64,000 nucleotides of DNA, taken from NCBI GenBank assembly GCA_002104945.1, contig MCFH01000044.1:1-64000 (forward strand), written 5' to 3'. The notes beneath the pieces were generated by a model. That model was not told where the DNA came from. It did not search any database and worked only from the letters and a program-made list of their open reading frames with translations. Positions 12,601 through 27,335 of this stretch are shown in pieces. The first letter of the stretch is position 1. Each line of letters begins with the position of its first letter. The position numbers were made by a program, and so were the translations under genes. The DNA comes from Piromyces finnis finn (lineage: Eukaryota > Fungi > Neocallimastigomycota).

Positions 12601-13329
12601 AAATAATATTTTATGTATTTTTTATGTATTTGTATTTTATAAAATTATAAATTAATATTGTACTACATTTTTTGTTCTTTGGTTATTTTAAAAGTAAAAG
12701 ATTTAAGAAAGTTACAATATTTATATATAAAAAAATAAATATAAATAAATAAAAGATTATAAAAAAACCCAAATAATTTTATAAATAAATTTAAGTGTAA
12801 ATTAAATTTATCCTTGACATACATTATATTAATTTTACTAAATACGACATACAATACATAAAAATTTAATTAATAATATACTAAACGAAAAAGTTACATT
12901 GTAAATAATACGGTTATATAATGAGATGCTAAGTTATGTGATCACAAAGTAAAATAAAAGCTATCTCTAAAATACGTATAAAATACTCTTTTAATACATG
13001 TTTATGTTTTTATATTTTAATAATGTGAATCATAAATATATACTATATTAGAATAAAGGTATGTGTTAATAATAATTCACCATTTGAAATAATATAAATT
13101 TTTTAATTCTAACCCATTATTAATTAAATAAAAAAATTCATATGATTATTTATTTATTTAATTATCATATGAAATTAAAAAAAAATTTTTTATTCATCAA
13201 TCACACTTTTTAACATTCTTTAAATGAAGGCGTTCTTAGCGCCTTTTTTTTCTGTATTAACTAAACTAATAATTGGCTTTTTTATCTGTAAAATTTTTTT
13301 TTTTTTGTTTTCTAAAGAGTTTTCTATTT

Positions 13330-14120
<791 letters not shown>

Positions 14121-15403
14121 ACAATAATAAAAAGGCTTTCTAAATTCAAATTATTTATATCCTATTATGCCATCAATTTTTTTTTTCAAAAAACTTTATC
14201 TTTTAATTATCAAAATAAAGCATTTATTATAATTATATTAACTATTATTTATTATTATTTAGTTAAAATAAATAATAATTCAAGAATTGTCTTTTTCTAA
14301 AGACTATTATTGAATATAATTAAATAATTTTTTTGTATATCTTATAATGTAATTAAAATTTTTATTTTCGTGATAGTAACCAATTAAATTTTTTTTATTA
14401 ATATATTATATAAATTATACCAGTGTATAATAATTATTAATATATTTGAGAGGAAATGTGGAAAGAAATATTATAATAAAAGGATGATCCATATTATCAT
14501 TAAATATACTATATTGATATAATTTTTGACTTTTCATTTCATTAGAATTAGTAGGAACAAACTAAATATTAATATAGCTTCTAATTTTCATATTTCTATT
14601 ACAGTTTTTAAGATGATTACAAGAGAAAAGTTTTTTTTTTTTGTTTAATTTATAAACCGTAATAAAGAGTACTATTTTTTTTTTTAAATAAAATAAACAA
14701 TTTAATTGTATCAAAAAATATTAATTATTATTAAACTTTTAATATTATTCATTTAATATCTTTATATAAAACATAGAATATATAATAAAAAATTAATATA
14801 TGATTTTATGATATTTGCTTATACACAGTTTTTTTTTATAGAATTAACTTGAAAGTTTAACAATTTTATCATATGAATAAATAAATAAATTAAAAAAAAA
14901 GATTAAAGAAAAAAAAAAAGGAAACATAATTCATTAAAAAATTAAAAATAAAAAGGATAAAAAAAAAAAAAAAAAGCAAACCGAATTCTTTAGAATGTTA
15001 TTTTTATTATTGTAAATGGATTTAAGTTTTAATAAACTTTTTTTTTTTTTTTAAAAAAAATAGATTTAATTAAATTTACTATTATTATTATAAAATAAAA
15101 ATAAATTAAAGTATATGATTATTTGACCACAATACTAAGCAATCTACTGCCCATGCAATTTTTTTTTTTTTTTTTTGAATTATCCCTTTTTTTATTATAT
15201 TTAATAAATCATTTAATAAATCAATTAAAGTATATATTTTTATATTTATTTATTAAATCTTAATTTGAATTTAATCCTATAAAAGGAAAGAAAATTTTCT
15301 TCTTTTTTAAATCTTTGAAAATATTTTTATTACGAAATTAATAATAAATTTATATAAAAAATCATATTTTTTTTTCTAAAAATCAATAACATTAATAAAA
15401 AAA

Positions 15404-16910
<1,507 letters not shown>

Positions 16911-18165
16911 AAATAATTATATATAAATAATTTATTTATATATTATGTTTTGTTAATTAAAATCAAAATACATTTAACAATAACCATATAAAGAATGCTA
17001 TATTCTTTTTTATTTATAAAATCAATTTCCTTTGTTTTTATTCATTTTTATCGTTAAACAAAAAGTTTAAAAAGTAATAATAACCTATCATTTTTTTTAT
17101 AATTAAAAGAAAAAAAAATTAAAAATCATAAATATCTTTTTTTTATAATTATACATTTAATAATAAAAAAAACAACATAATTATCTCATTAACTATTATT
17201 TTATATAATAGTTTTTTTCGTATTAAATTAATAATAATGGAACAAAATCTATTTATATATATATAAATAAATAAATATATATAAATAAAGATTAAATATT
17301 ATATATTATATATATAGGAATAAATATATATATATAGGCATACATAAAAAATTAAATAAAAATAAAATTTAATGAACATTTAAAACAAAACAAAACAAAA
17401 AAAAAATGTTTAATGGCTAAAAATATTTAATCGTGTATTTTGTAGTTTTATATTTTTTTTAAAAGAAATTTTTATGTTTTGGTTTTTATTTTATTAAATT
17501 TTTTTTTTTTATTATGACAGATGTCTTTTGCTTTTTTTATTTTAGTCTGTTGTTTATAAAAAGGTATTTTTTTTCATTATTTGTTCAAAATATATTTTTT
17601 TAATGAAAATTTTTGAGGAAATTTTATTATTTTATTATAAGGTTTTCATAATAACTTGATATTTTGGTTTATTTTAAAAAATCTTGATTAAAGAAATATT
17701 TTAGTGATGATGATCTTTCTAAAAACTACAATGTATATAGTTTTTTTATAATCTTAAAAATACAAAATGCTTTACCAGAAAATCTCCCTTTTTAAAAAAT
17801 TTCCTGCCTAGAATTCTGCCAGTCACTTCTCTTCTGGCTAAAATTTTTGGCTAAATCCTTCAAAAATCTAGGATATATACATAGTTGTAATAGTGAAAAT
17901 TATTAGACTTGTTTTCAATTTTTCATTATTATTAACTATTTATAAATAACTTTCAGATTTACACATGATAATCATGTGCTCATGTGTTTTAATCAATATC
18001 ATAATATATAAAATAAATAGCAACAATTAATGATTAACCAATAATATTATTTATCTTTTTTTTTTTTTTTTTAATTTTGTAAAAATTTATAATATTGAAT
18101 ATTTGTCATAAAAAAAGAAATAATAGAAAAACTATATATAAATAGAAATAAAGTAGGAAAAAAAA

Positions 18166-18746
18166 ATGAGTACACAAGAAAAAAAACTGAAATTCAAAAA
18201 AAATGAAGAAATAAAGTAGAATTAACAGATGAATTATTATCACGTATTGCAATTAACGCAAGTCCATTACGTGAAGATGATGTTGAACTTGTTAAAAAAC
18301 AACTCGGACGTAAACCTCGTGGTTTAATTGCTATCGGTGCACGTTGTGCTTGTGGAAAGCCAGCTGTTACTATTACTTCACCACGTTTACCAGATGGTTC
18401 ACCATTTCCAACCTTCTTTTATTTATGTTTACCAGAACTTATTGTTGAAGTTTCTCGTTTAGAAGTAAAAAATATTATGAAAGAAATGACAAAGGAAATC
18501 GCAGCAGATGAAAATTTACGTGAAGCTCACCAAAAAGCTCATGACAGTTATATTCAACGTCGTAATTTACTTGGAGAAGTTCCAGAAATTGCTAATATTT
18601 CAGCAGGTGGAATGCCAACTCATGTAAAATGCTTACACTCACTTGTCGGTTACTCACTTGCAGCAGGTAAAGGTGTTTGTCCTATTGGTGATAAAGCTTT
18701 AGAAATGATGAATTGGGATACTTCTGTATGTCATTGTGAAGACTAA
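18166..18746 (+). CDS. DUF501-family protein (Rv1025-like, bacterial type), intronless; one apparent frameshift in the A-rich 5' end
   Basis: Reading upstream of ORF 18477 in the same frame gives DVELVKKQLGRKPRGLIAIGARCACGKPAVTITSPRLPDGSPFPTFFYLCLPELIVEVSRLE, then ISAGGMPTHVKCLHSLVGYSLAAGKGVCPIGD. These match the DUF501 motifs QLGR-PRG, RCxCG, PFPT, SAGGMP and VKCLH as I recall them. ATG at 18166 needs one extra base before ~18213. Confidence 0.88.
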
Positions 18747-19422
18747 ATTGAAACTATATACTAATCGACTGTTGCATACAAGAAATTCGACTATATATAT
18801 AAATATGAACTATATACCACAAAAAAAAAACACTTTTAAAAAGATTATTTATTATATATATATTTAATATATAAATCTTATGTACGCTCTAATCTTATAC
18901 AAGTTTACTTACGAATTGTACACTATAAATCTTAATATATAAAATAAAAAAAAATAATCATTAAATTTTAGAACAACTATAGATAATTTTATATTATTAT
19001 TTACATATTTACATTTTTTTTTTTATTCATTTAAAATTGAAAAAAATTATTATTATTATTATTATTATTTTTTTTTTCAAATATATTCATCATACATTTA
19101 TTTTCAGTACTATTTTTTTTTTCAAGTATTTTTCAAGGTATCCTTTTAAAAGATTTTTTTTAATTAAAAGTCAGAAGTGAGAACCACAAATAACAATAAC
19201 GAAAATAATAATTACAATAATAATAAAAAAAAGTGGTATTATACTTTTTTTCTAGAAATAATGTTAAATGTAAGATCTCTAATTTTATGTATAATTAGTA
19301 TTCATATTGAATAAATAAAATGAAAAAATTCAACTAAGTATTAAAAAGGTATCATAATTATCCTAAAAAAAAAGCAGATGATTCAGCCAACAAAAATTAT
19401 TATAGTGCATTTAGTCTATCAA

Positions 19423-20538
19423 TGATGCGTTGACCGATATATTTTTGAATAATATAAATTTTTGATAAATAATAAATTCTAATATTTATGATGAAACAAT
19501 AAATTTAAAATAAAATAAAATATGTTTTATAATTAACAAATAAATCACTCAAAAACTCGAAAATAAACTCTTTTTATTATGTTTAAATTATCTCTTTATT
19601 ATATTTATAATTTATTTATTGTCTATTTATGGTCTTTTTATTCTCTATTTATTGTCCGCCCTTATAAAGAAGAATTTTATCTTCCTTTTATACATTTTCA
19701 TTTATTACATGTATTATTATTTTTAACTATTAAATGTTATTATTACTATTGTTATTATTTATTAAAATTAAAAGAATAAATTAAAATTATGTCTTAGTAT
19801 TATAAAATATTATAGAATATTACTTATTTGATTTTCTTATTACTTCAAAATGTTTAAATTTAGAAAAATTATTATAAATTATCATTGACTATCATTAAAT
19901 GTATAATACCTTGAATAAAATAATTAAAATTTAAAATTAAAATAATATTAAAATAAAATTAAAATAAAATTAAAATAAAAATTGAAATAAAATTAATAAA
20001 ATCAAATATTAAAAGTATCAATTAATATAAACACATTTTATACAGAAACATAAAAGAGTTCTGTATTTTATCTTTAAAATTGTTTTATTGTTCTATTTCC
20101 AGGCTTTAAATTAATCACTTTTAGTAATAATTACTCAGTTATTATTTGTTAATTTATATATATAAGTTTGAAAGAATTTCTAAAGAACACTTGGATAAAC
20201 ACTAGAATTAATAATTTATGTATATCATTTTATTTTTTAGTTTATTTATTCATTTTTATTACTTATTATTATTTTTTATTTTAATACATTTTTGGATTGA
20301 GTGTTTTATTTTATTTAATAATTTATTTTATTATTATCTCTATTAAGTCATTTTTATTCATAATTTATTATTTAATAAAGAGAATATTATTTATTTAAAA
20401 GAAAGGGTTATATTCCATAAAATTATTATTTATTCATTTTTAAGGGTTATTATCTTTTATTTTTATTATAAGTCGCTATGGGTTAAGTCGTGTTTATTCG
20501 GCTAGTTTTTATTACGTTTTTATGTGAGTAGCGTATCA
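19423..20538 (-). mobile_element. LTR of left arm (~1116 bp)
   Basis: On the - strand it begins TGATACGC just after a purine tract (gtggggga, 20542-20550) and ends ...ACGCATCA; TG...CA termini with a short imperfect terminal inverted repeat. Confidence 0.8.
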
Positions 20539-20578
20539 AAGATCCCCCACTTAAGTTTGGACTTCGTCCCTGGAAGTC

Positions 20579-22085
20579 TCATTGTGCCAAGTATGATAAA
20601 TGAACTAAATTCTTTTGATGAACATTTCTTTCAGCTATTGCACCACTAATAGGGTCACATAATGTAGCAGTATTAAATTCCATTTTAATAATACGGAAAG
20701 GTCCCATGAAAAATGGATCTAACTTTCTTCTTGAAAAATTTCTAACAAGTACTAAATCACCAGCTGAGAATGCAGTATTCATTGAAGCTTTTTGTTTTCT
20801 TCTATTTTCCCATAATTTATTAGCATTCTGAATATTTTTGGTAACTTCAATAATCCATTCCCAATGTGTAGTAAATTTATTTATTAAATATTCTTCTGGA
20901 GTTTCGTATTCATTTTTATTATTATATTCTATCATAAGTTCAAATGGTTGAAGGTCAGTACGACCATATAATAATTCAAAACTAGAAAATTTTGTTACTT
21001 CATTTTTACAAGTACGTAGAGCCCATAGAGCAGATTGTAGAACTTCGTCCCATTCTTTATTTGAGTTTCCTAGTAGTCGAATATTTTTAACAATTTCTCT
21101 ATTACGATTTTCTACTTGCCCATTTGTTTCTGGGATGATAAGTGCTAGAATATTGAACATATATACCATATAAATCAAGGAAGCCTTTAGTAGCATCAGA
21201 AGTAAATTGTGGACCATTATCAGTAATTAATATTTCCGGGAGTACCATGTCTAGAAAATACATTTGTAAGAAATTTTATAACATCCGTAGATTCAATTGA
21301 CTTTAGTGGTTCAGCTTCAACCCATTTGGTAAAATAGTCTACAAGTACTATTATATATTTATTATTATTTTTAGTTATTGGTAGTGGTCCAATAATATCT
21401 AAACCAACTCTAGTGAATGGTAGACCTGGTTTTGTAGCAAATGATTCAGTACCACTATTAATAGTTGAGGTCTCTTTAATTGACAATCATGGCAAGTTTT
21501 TACAAGTAGTTCTACATCTTTAGACATATTTTTCCAATAATAATTTTCTTTAATCGGTTATAAGTTTTATAAAATCCTTCATGACCTATTGAATGTGCAG
21601 CTAATAGTAATTCTATTTTCTCTTCTTTATCTTCGACAACTTTTCTGATATTGTCACCATCTTTATAGTACTTTATTCCATTTATTAAGATAATTTTCTT
21701 TTTAAGAAAGTCTTTAATTTTATTACTTCCTGGATATTCATTAGAATTATTTTCACTGGTGGTACCAATAGATGTATCAGTTACTTCAGTTACAAGTACA
21801 GCTTCTAAGTCAGTATCATTATCTAATACTTCTTCTTTTTCATTTTCAAATGAAACGGAGGATATTTTTATTTTATTTTCTATATTAAAATAATTATTTT
21901 TATCAATATTAAAAATATTAGATGGTTCAAATGAATGAATTTTATTAAGATTATTATTATTGTGGATGTTAGAATATTAATAGTTAGTTGTAGTATTTTC
22001 ATTTAATTTAGGAAAATCATTTTTATTTATATCTATTTTATTATTTAAGTAGCAATGTTATTTAAGTCATTGATATCACTATTCT
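20579..22085 (-). pseudogene. Frameshifted Gypsy integrase (left arm)
   Basis: ORFs 21220-21486 and 20579-21217 are near-identical pieces of the right-arm integrase; single-base indels near 21470, 21235, 21135 and 20597. Confidence 0.9.
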
Positions 22086-22228
22086 TACTTATTATACATA
22101 CATATATATCAATAATTATTCATATTAATATATTCAATTTATTTCGATATTATTAAAATAATTATTTTAAAAATAATGAAATAAATGAATTATCTGAATA
22201 TGATAATGATATTGTTTATAATGAAGTA

Positions 22229-23719
22229 ATGAATAGTGATATCAATGTCTTAAATGATACTCGCAACTTAAATAATAAAATAGATATAAATAAAAATGAT
22301 TTTCCTAAATTAAATGAAAATATTACAACTAGTTATAATAATTCTAACATCCATAATAATCATAATAATATTCATTCATATGATCCATCTAATATTTTTA
22401 ATATTGATAAAAATAATTATTTTAATATAGAAAATAAAATAAAAACATCCTCAGTCCCATCTGAAAATGGAAAAGAAGAATTATTAGATAATGATACTGA
22501 CTCAGAAGCGGTTCTTGTAACTGACACATCTATTGATACTAGTGAAAATAATTCAAATGAATATCCAGGAAGTAATAAAATTAAAGAATTTCTTAAAAAG
22601 AAAATTATCTTAATAAATGGAATAAAATATTATAAAGATGGAGACAATATCAGAAAAGTTGTTGAAGATAAAGAAGAGAAAATAGAATTACTATTAGCTG
22701 CGCATTCAATAGGTCATGAAGGATTTTATAAAACTTATAATAGACTGAAGAAAAGTTATTATTGGAAAAATATGGCTAAAGATGTAGAACTACTTGTAAA
22801 AACTTGTCATGATTGTCAATTAAAGAGACCTCAACCTATTAATAGTGGTACTGAATCATTTGCTACAAAGCCAGGTCTACCATTCACTAGAGTTGGTTTA
22901 GATATTATTGGACCACTACCAATAACTAAAAATAATAATAAATATATAATAGTACTTGTAGACTATTTTACCAATTTTACCAAATGGGTTGAAGCTGAAC
23001 CTCTAAAATCAATTGAATCTACGGATGTTATAAAATTTCTTACAAATGTATTTTCTAGACATGGTACTCCAGAAATATTAATTACTGATAATGGTTCACA
23101 ATTTACTTCTGATGCTACTAAAGGCTTTCTTGATTTATATGGTATATATGTTCAATATTCTAGCACTTATCATCCAGAAACAAATGGACAAGTAGAAAAT
23201 CGTAACAGAGAAATTGTTAAAAATATTCGACTATTAGGAGACTCAAATAAAGAATGGGACGAAGTTCTTCCATCGGCTTTATGGGCTCTACGTACTTGTA
23301 AAAATGAAGTAACAAAATTTTCTAGCTTTGAATTATTATATGGTCGTACTGACCTTCAACCATTTGAACTTATGATAGAATATAATAATAAAAATGAATA
23401 TGAAACTCCAGAAGAATATTTAATAAATAAATTTACTACACATTGGGAATGGATTATTGAAGTTACCAAAAATATTCAGAATGCTAATAAATTATGGGAA
23501 AATAGAAGAAAACAAAAAGCTTCAATGAATACTGCATTTTCAGCCGGTGATTTAGTACTTGTTAGAAATTTTTCAAGAAGAAAGTTAGATCCATTTTTCA
23601 TGGGACCTTTCCGTATTATTAAAATGGAATTTAATACTGCTACATTATGTGACCCTATTAGTGGTGCAATAGCTGAAAGAAATGTTCATCAAAAGAATTT
23701 AGTTCATTATCATACTTAG
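22229..23719 (+). CDS. Ty3/Gypsy-type integrase (HHCC zinc finger, DDE core, GPF motif) with Asn-rich N-terminal region; no RT or RNase H
   Basis: HSIGH...CHDC; VGLDIIGP (D), ITDNGSQF (D), NGQVENRNR (E); GDLVLVRN...MGPFRI. Confidence 0.93.
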   Translation: MNSDINVLNDTRNLNNKIDINKNDFPKLNENITTSYNNSNIHNNHNNIHSYDPSNIFNIDKNNYFNIENKIKTSSVPSENGKEELLDNDTDSEAVLVTDTSIDTSENNSNEYPGSNKIKEFLKKKIILINGIKYYKDGDNIRKVVEDKEEKIELLLAAHSIGHEGFYKTYNRLKKSYYWKNMAKDVELLVKTCHDCQLKRPQPINSGTESFATKPGLPFTRVGLDIIGPLPITKNNNKYIIVLVDYFTNFTKWVEAEPLKSIESTDVIKFLTNVFSRHGTPEILITDNGSQFTSDATKGFLDLYGIYVQYSSTYHPETNGQVENRNREIVKNIRLLGDSNKEWDEVLPSALWALRTCKNEVTKFSSFELLYGRTDLQPFELMIEYNNKNEYETPEEYLINKFTTHWEWIIEVTKNIQNANKLWENRRKQKASMNTAFSAGDLVLVRNFSRRKLDPFFMGPFRIIKMEFNTATLCDPISGAIAERNVHQKNLVHYHT

Positions 23720-23753
23720 CACAATGAGACTTCCAGGGACGAAGTCCAAACTC

Positions 23754-23763
23754 AAGTGGGGGA
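23754..23763 (+). other. Polypurine tract preceding the 3' LTR
   Basis: aagtggggga lies 3 nt before the LTR start TG at 23767; a mirror copy lies at 20542-20550. Confidence 0.75.
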
Positions 23764-23766
23764 TTT

Positions 23767-24881
23767 TGATACGCTACTCACATAAAAACATGATAAAAAC
23801 TAGCTTAATAAACACGACTTAACCCATAGTAACTTATAATAAAAATAAACAATAATAACCCTTAAAGATGAATGAATAATAATTTTATGAAAATATAACC
23901 CTTTCTTTAAATAAATAATATTATCTTTATTATATAATAAATTCTGAGTAAAAACGACCTAATAGTGATAATAATAAAATAAATTATTAAATAAAATAAA
24001 TTATTAAATAAAATAAAACGACTTAATCCAATAATGTACTAAAATAATAAAATAATAATAAATAAATAAAAATGAATAAATAAACTAAAAATAAAATGGT
24101 ATACATCAAATTATTAATTCTAGTGTTTATCCAAGTGTTCTTTAGAAATTCTCTTAAACTTATAAATTAATAAATAACTAATTGAGTAATTATTACTAAA
24201 ATGATAAACTTAAAACCTGGAAATAGAACAATAATAACAATTCCAAAGATAAAATACAGAACTCTTTTATGTTTCTGTATAAAATGAGTGTTTATAATAA
24301 TTGATACTTTTAATATTTTAATTTTGTTAAATTTTTATTTTAATTTTATTTTAATTTTATTTTAATATTATTTTAATTTTAAATTTTAATTATTTTATTC
24401 AAGGTATTATACATTTAATGATAGTCAATGATAATTTATAATAATTTTTCTAAATTTAAACATTTTGAAGTAATAAGAAAATCAAATAAGTAATATTCTA
24501 TAATATTTTATAATACTAAGACATAATTTTAATTTATTCTTTTAATTTTAATAAATAATAACAATAGTAATAATAACATTTAATAGTTAAAAATAATAAT
24601 ACATGTAATAAATGAAAATGTATAAAAGGAAGATAAAATTCTTCTTTATAAAGGGCGTACAATAAATAAGAGAATAAAAAAAAAACAATAAATAGATAAT
24701 AAATAAATTATAAAATATAATAAAGATTTAAGAGTTTATTTTCGAGTTTTGAGTGATTTATTTGTTAATTATAAAACATATTTTTATTTTATTTTAAATT
24801 TATTGTTTCATCATAATAATATAGAGTTTATTATTTATTAAAAACATTATATTATTCAAAAATATATCGGTCAACGCATCA
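23767..24881 (+). mobile_element. LTR of right arm (~1115 bp)
   Basis: Starts TGATACGCTACTC and ends CAACGCATCA; alignable over its length to the reverse complement of 19423-20538. Confidence 0.8.
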
Positions 24882-27080
24882 TTTAATTTTAGAGCCTATT
24901 TAAAAAATTATATCATTTTTGTTTAAAACAAAAATTTGTTAGTATGAGTTTTAATTTGATTTAAAATAAATTATAGATAATGTCTAATTTTATTTATTGA
25001 AAAAATCATTCTAAATAATTCAAATAACCAATTTAAAACTACCTAATAAATCAATTTTTAATAATTAATTTTCAAAAAGGATTAAATTATTAAAAAATTT
25101 ATTTTAAAAATTGTAACCCTTGAACAAAAAATATAAATGTAAAATATGGCGTAGTTTAATAAAATGTAATGAACAAAACACGTGAAAAATATATTTATTT
25201 AATCACAAATTTTCTAAAAGTTGGATATAATTCAGGCAAAGGTCAAATTTCTTATGGCTAAAAAGTCTAGCTAAAATGGCCAAAAATCTAGGATAAATAC
25301 TAATAGTTAGTTAAAGAAATGTTGATTATATAAAGTTTTTAATAATATTAGAAGATGGGTTATAATAATTAATGAAAATTAGTTCATGCATTACATTATT
25401 ATTTTATTAATCATTATACTACTGTAAAGTCAAAAGAAGATTTTATCAACTATATTTATGCATGTAATTAATATCATTAATAATGTAAAAATAAATGATT
25501 ATTAAATATCTTAAACTTTATTATTAATAGCAAAACTTTTTTTTTTTTATCATTAATAAATTTAATGTTTCTTCTTAAAAGTTATTATAATTCACTCTGT
25601 AATAATCTTAAAACTTAACCAACAAATCATGAAAAGATATTTATTATATCAAAATAAGTCTCATAAAATATTTATCAAAAAAAAAAAAAAAAAAAGATAC
25701 TTATTATTTAAATAATATTGTCAAGTCAATTTTTATTCAAACTTTTAAAAGAATTAAATTCATAAAATTTTATTCTAATTAATTGCAACCTTTAAATGGA
25801 ATATTATATCTTATAAAGGTTAGGCAAATTTTATTTGATAATTCTTGATAAATTTTAAGGTAATAACTAATATATATTTTATTTATAATGATATAAAAAT
25901 ATTTGCATGTCAACATGATTAAAACTAAACGAGGCGTATTATCTAATACTAGATAAAATAAATTTAAATGAAAATATAAATTTATTTAAGAATCAAAATA
26001 CTATATAAAATACTTATTCTTGTTTTTAATATTGATACTTATAATTTACTATATTTTAATTACGTATACAATTGTATATATTTTATTACATTTGTTAAAA
26101 TATCATAGGTCAATTTATTAAATTTCTTCACTTTACATTAAATACCAATCAAATTCCATTTATTTCATATCGCTTTCTATTATTATATACAATTATTAAT
26201 ACAATGTTGTACAATATTTAAGATTACTAAATTTTCCATATAATTCTTTTGGAATACAATTTTTAAATACTTATTTTACAAATCTACACTTATTCTTTAT
26301 TTATTTAACCTTTATACTTTCCCTTAATAATTTTTTCTTCTATTATTTTTGATTTTTGTCATTCCATTAAAAAAAGTAAAATAAAAAACCTATTCCATTT
26401 TTACTTAACACGAATTACTACTGTTCACACTTTTGCTTTTTTTTTTAAAAAAAAAACTTATTCTTTTGAAATATACTTTATTTTTTTATTTACATAATTA
26501 TGCTAATTAATCGTCTATTGTAAAGCGAAAGGAGCTAAAACTATAATATATATATTAGTGATAATAGATAATGGTATAAATGTTAAAGGTATCTAAAAAT
26601 TCAAATTAAAATAAATATGGAGTATGACAAAATCCAAATTCAATATTTATTTTTTATGATCAACTTTATTATTAATATCTTTTAATACACTATTTTCCAT
26701 CTTGGCTTTATATTTTGCTAATATAGAACTTTGTGGTAAATTAAAAGATATTATAAATTTACCATAAATAAATTCCATTTAAAAAATTCTCCTTTTCTTT
26801 TTCTTCATCATTTATATTTTCTTGATTAAATTTCAAAAAATTAAATCATTCAAAATATTAGATGAAAATTTTAGAAGGTGTTCCTTTTTAATAAAAATGG
26901 ATTTTTATCAAATACATTTTGATTAATATGATTTGAATTAATTTTGAATATTTAATTTGATTATTTTTATAAAGAATTAATGTTAAAATTAAAATATTAA
27001 TTTTAATTTTTATGAATGATTGGATTAACTTTATTGAATGTTAATCAAATAAAATAAACTTTTTATTCCTTCTGTATTGC

Positions 27081-27335
27081 TTAGTTTGGCTTAACTCTGA
27101 AAGAACAACCTTCAGTTAATCTGGCCTTACCACCAGTTGGTTGGCAAAGAATAGTACCACAACCGTTGCAAAGAACAACAGTTTGGGCGTGACTGAAGAC
27201 AGTGGAAATTTGTAAACAATCAGCACACTTAACATCCATGAAGTAAGAGTTTGGGGATTGGACAAGTCTCTTAAGCTTGTGTTGGCGCTTTTCAGAAGCA
27301 GCAGATGGGTTTAAAAGATCGACGGCTAAAGGCAT
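27081..27335 (-). CDS. RPS27: 40S ribosomal protein S27 (eS27)
   Basis: [30 protein letters not shown]-type motif (here QHK), C2-C2 zinc finger, [14 protein letters not shown] probable 5' UTR intron acceptor (taatcag) lies 1 nt before the ATG. Confidence 0.98.
   Translation of the reverse strand: MPLAVDLLNPSAASEKRQHKLKRLVQSPNSYFMDVKCADCLQISTVFSHAQTVVLCNGCGTILCQPTGGKARLTEGCSFRVKPN

Larger units (their letters stand above)
19423..24881. mobile_element. Imperfect palindrome of two Ty3/Gypsy 3' halves (LTR-PPT-integrase facing integrase-PPT-LTR)
   Basis: 19423 TGATGCGTTGACCGATATATTTTTGAAT is the reverse complement of the sequence ending at 24881. Homology runs inward to a centre at 22161/22162 (ttaaaataa|ttattttaa). 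Confidence 0.93.

Noticed and set aside
19579-19779. 66-aa ORF
   Set aside because: Lies in the AT-rich LTR; no coding signal.
19416-24890. Target-site duplication, or a canonical Ginger/TIR transposon call for the palindrome
   Set aside because: Flanks ctatcaa and tttaatt do not match as 4-6 bp duplications, and PPT-plus-LTR structures favour an LTR retrotransposon origin.
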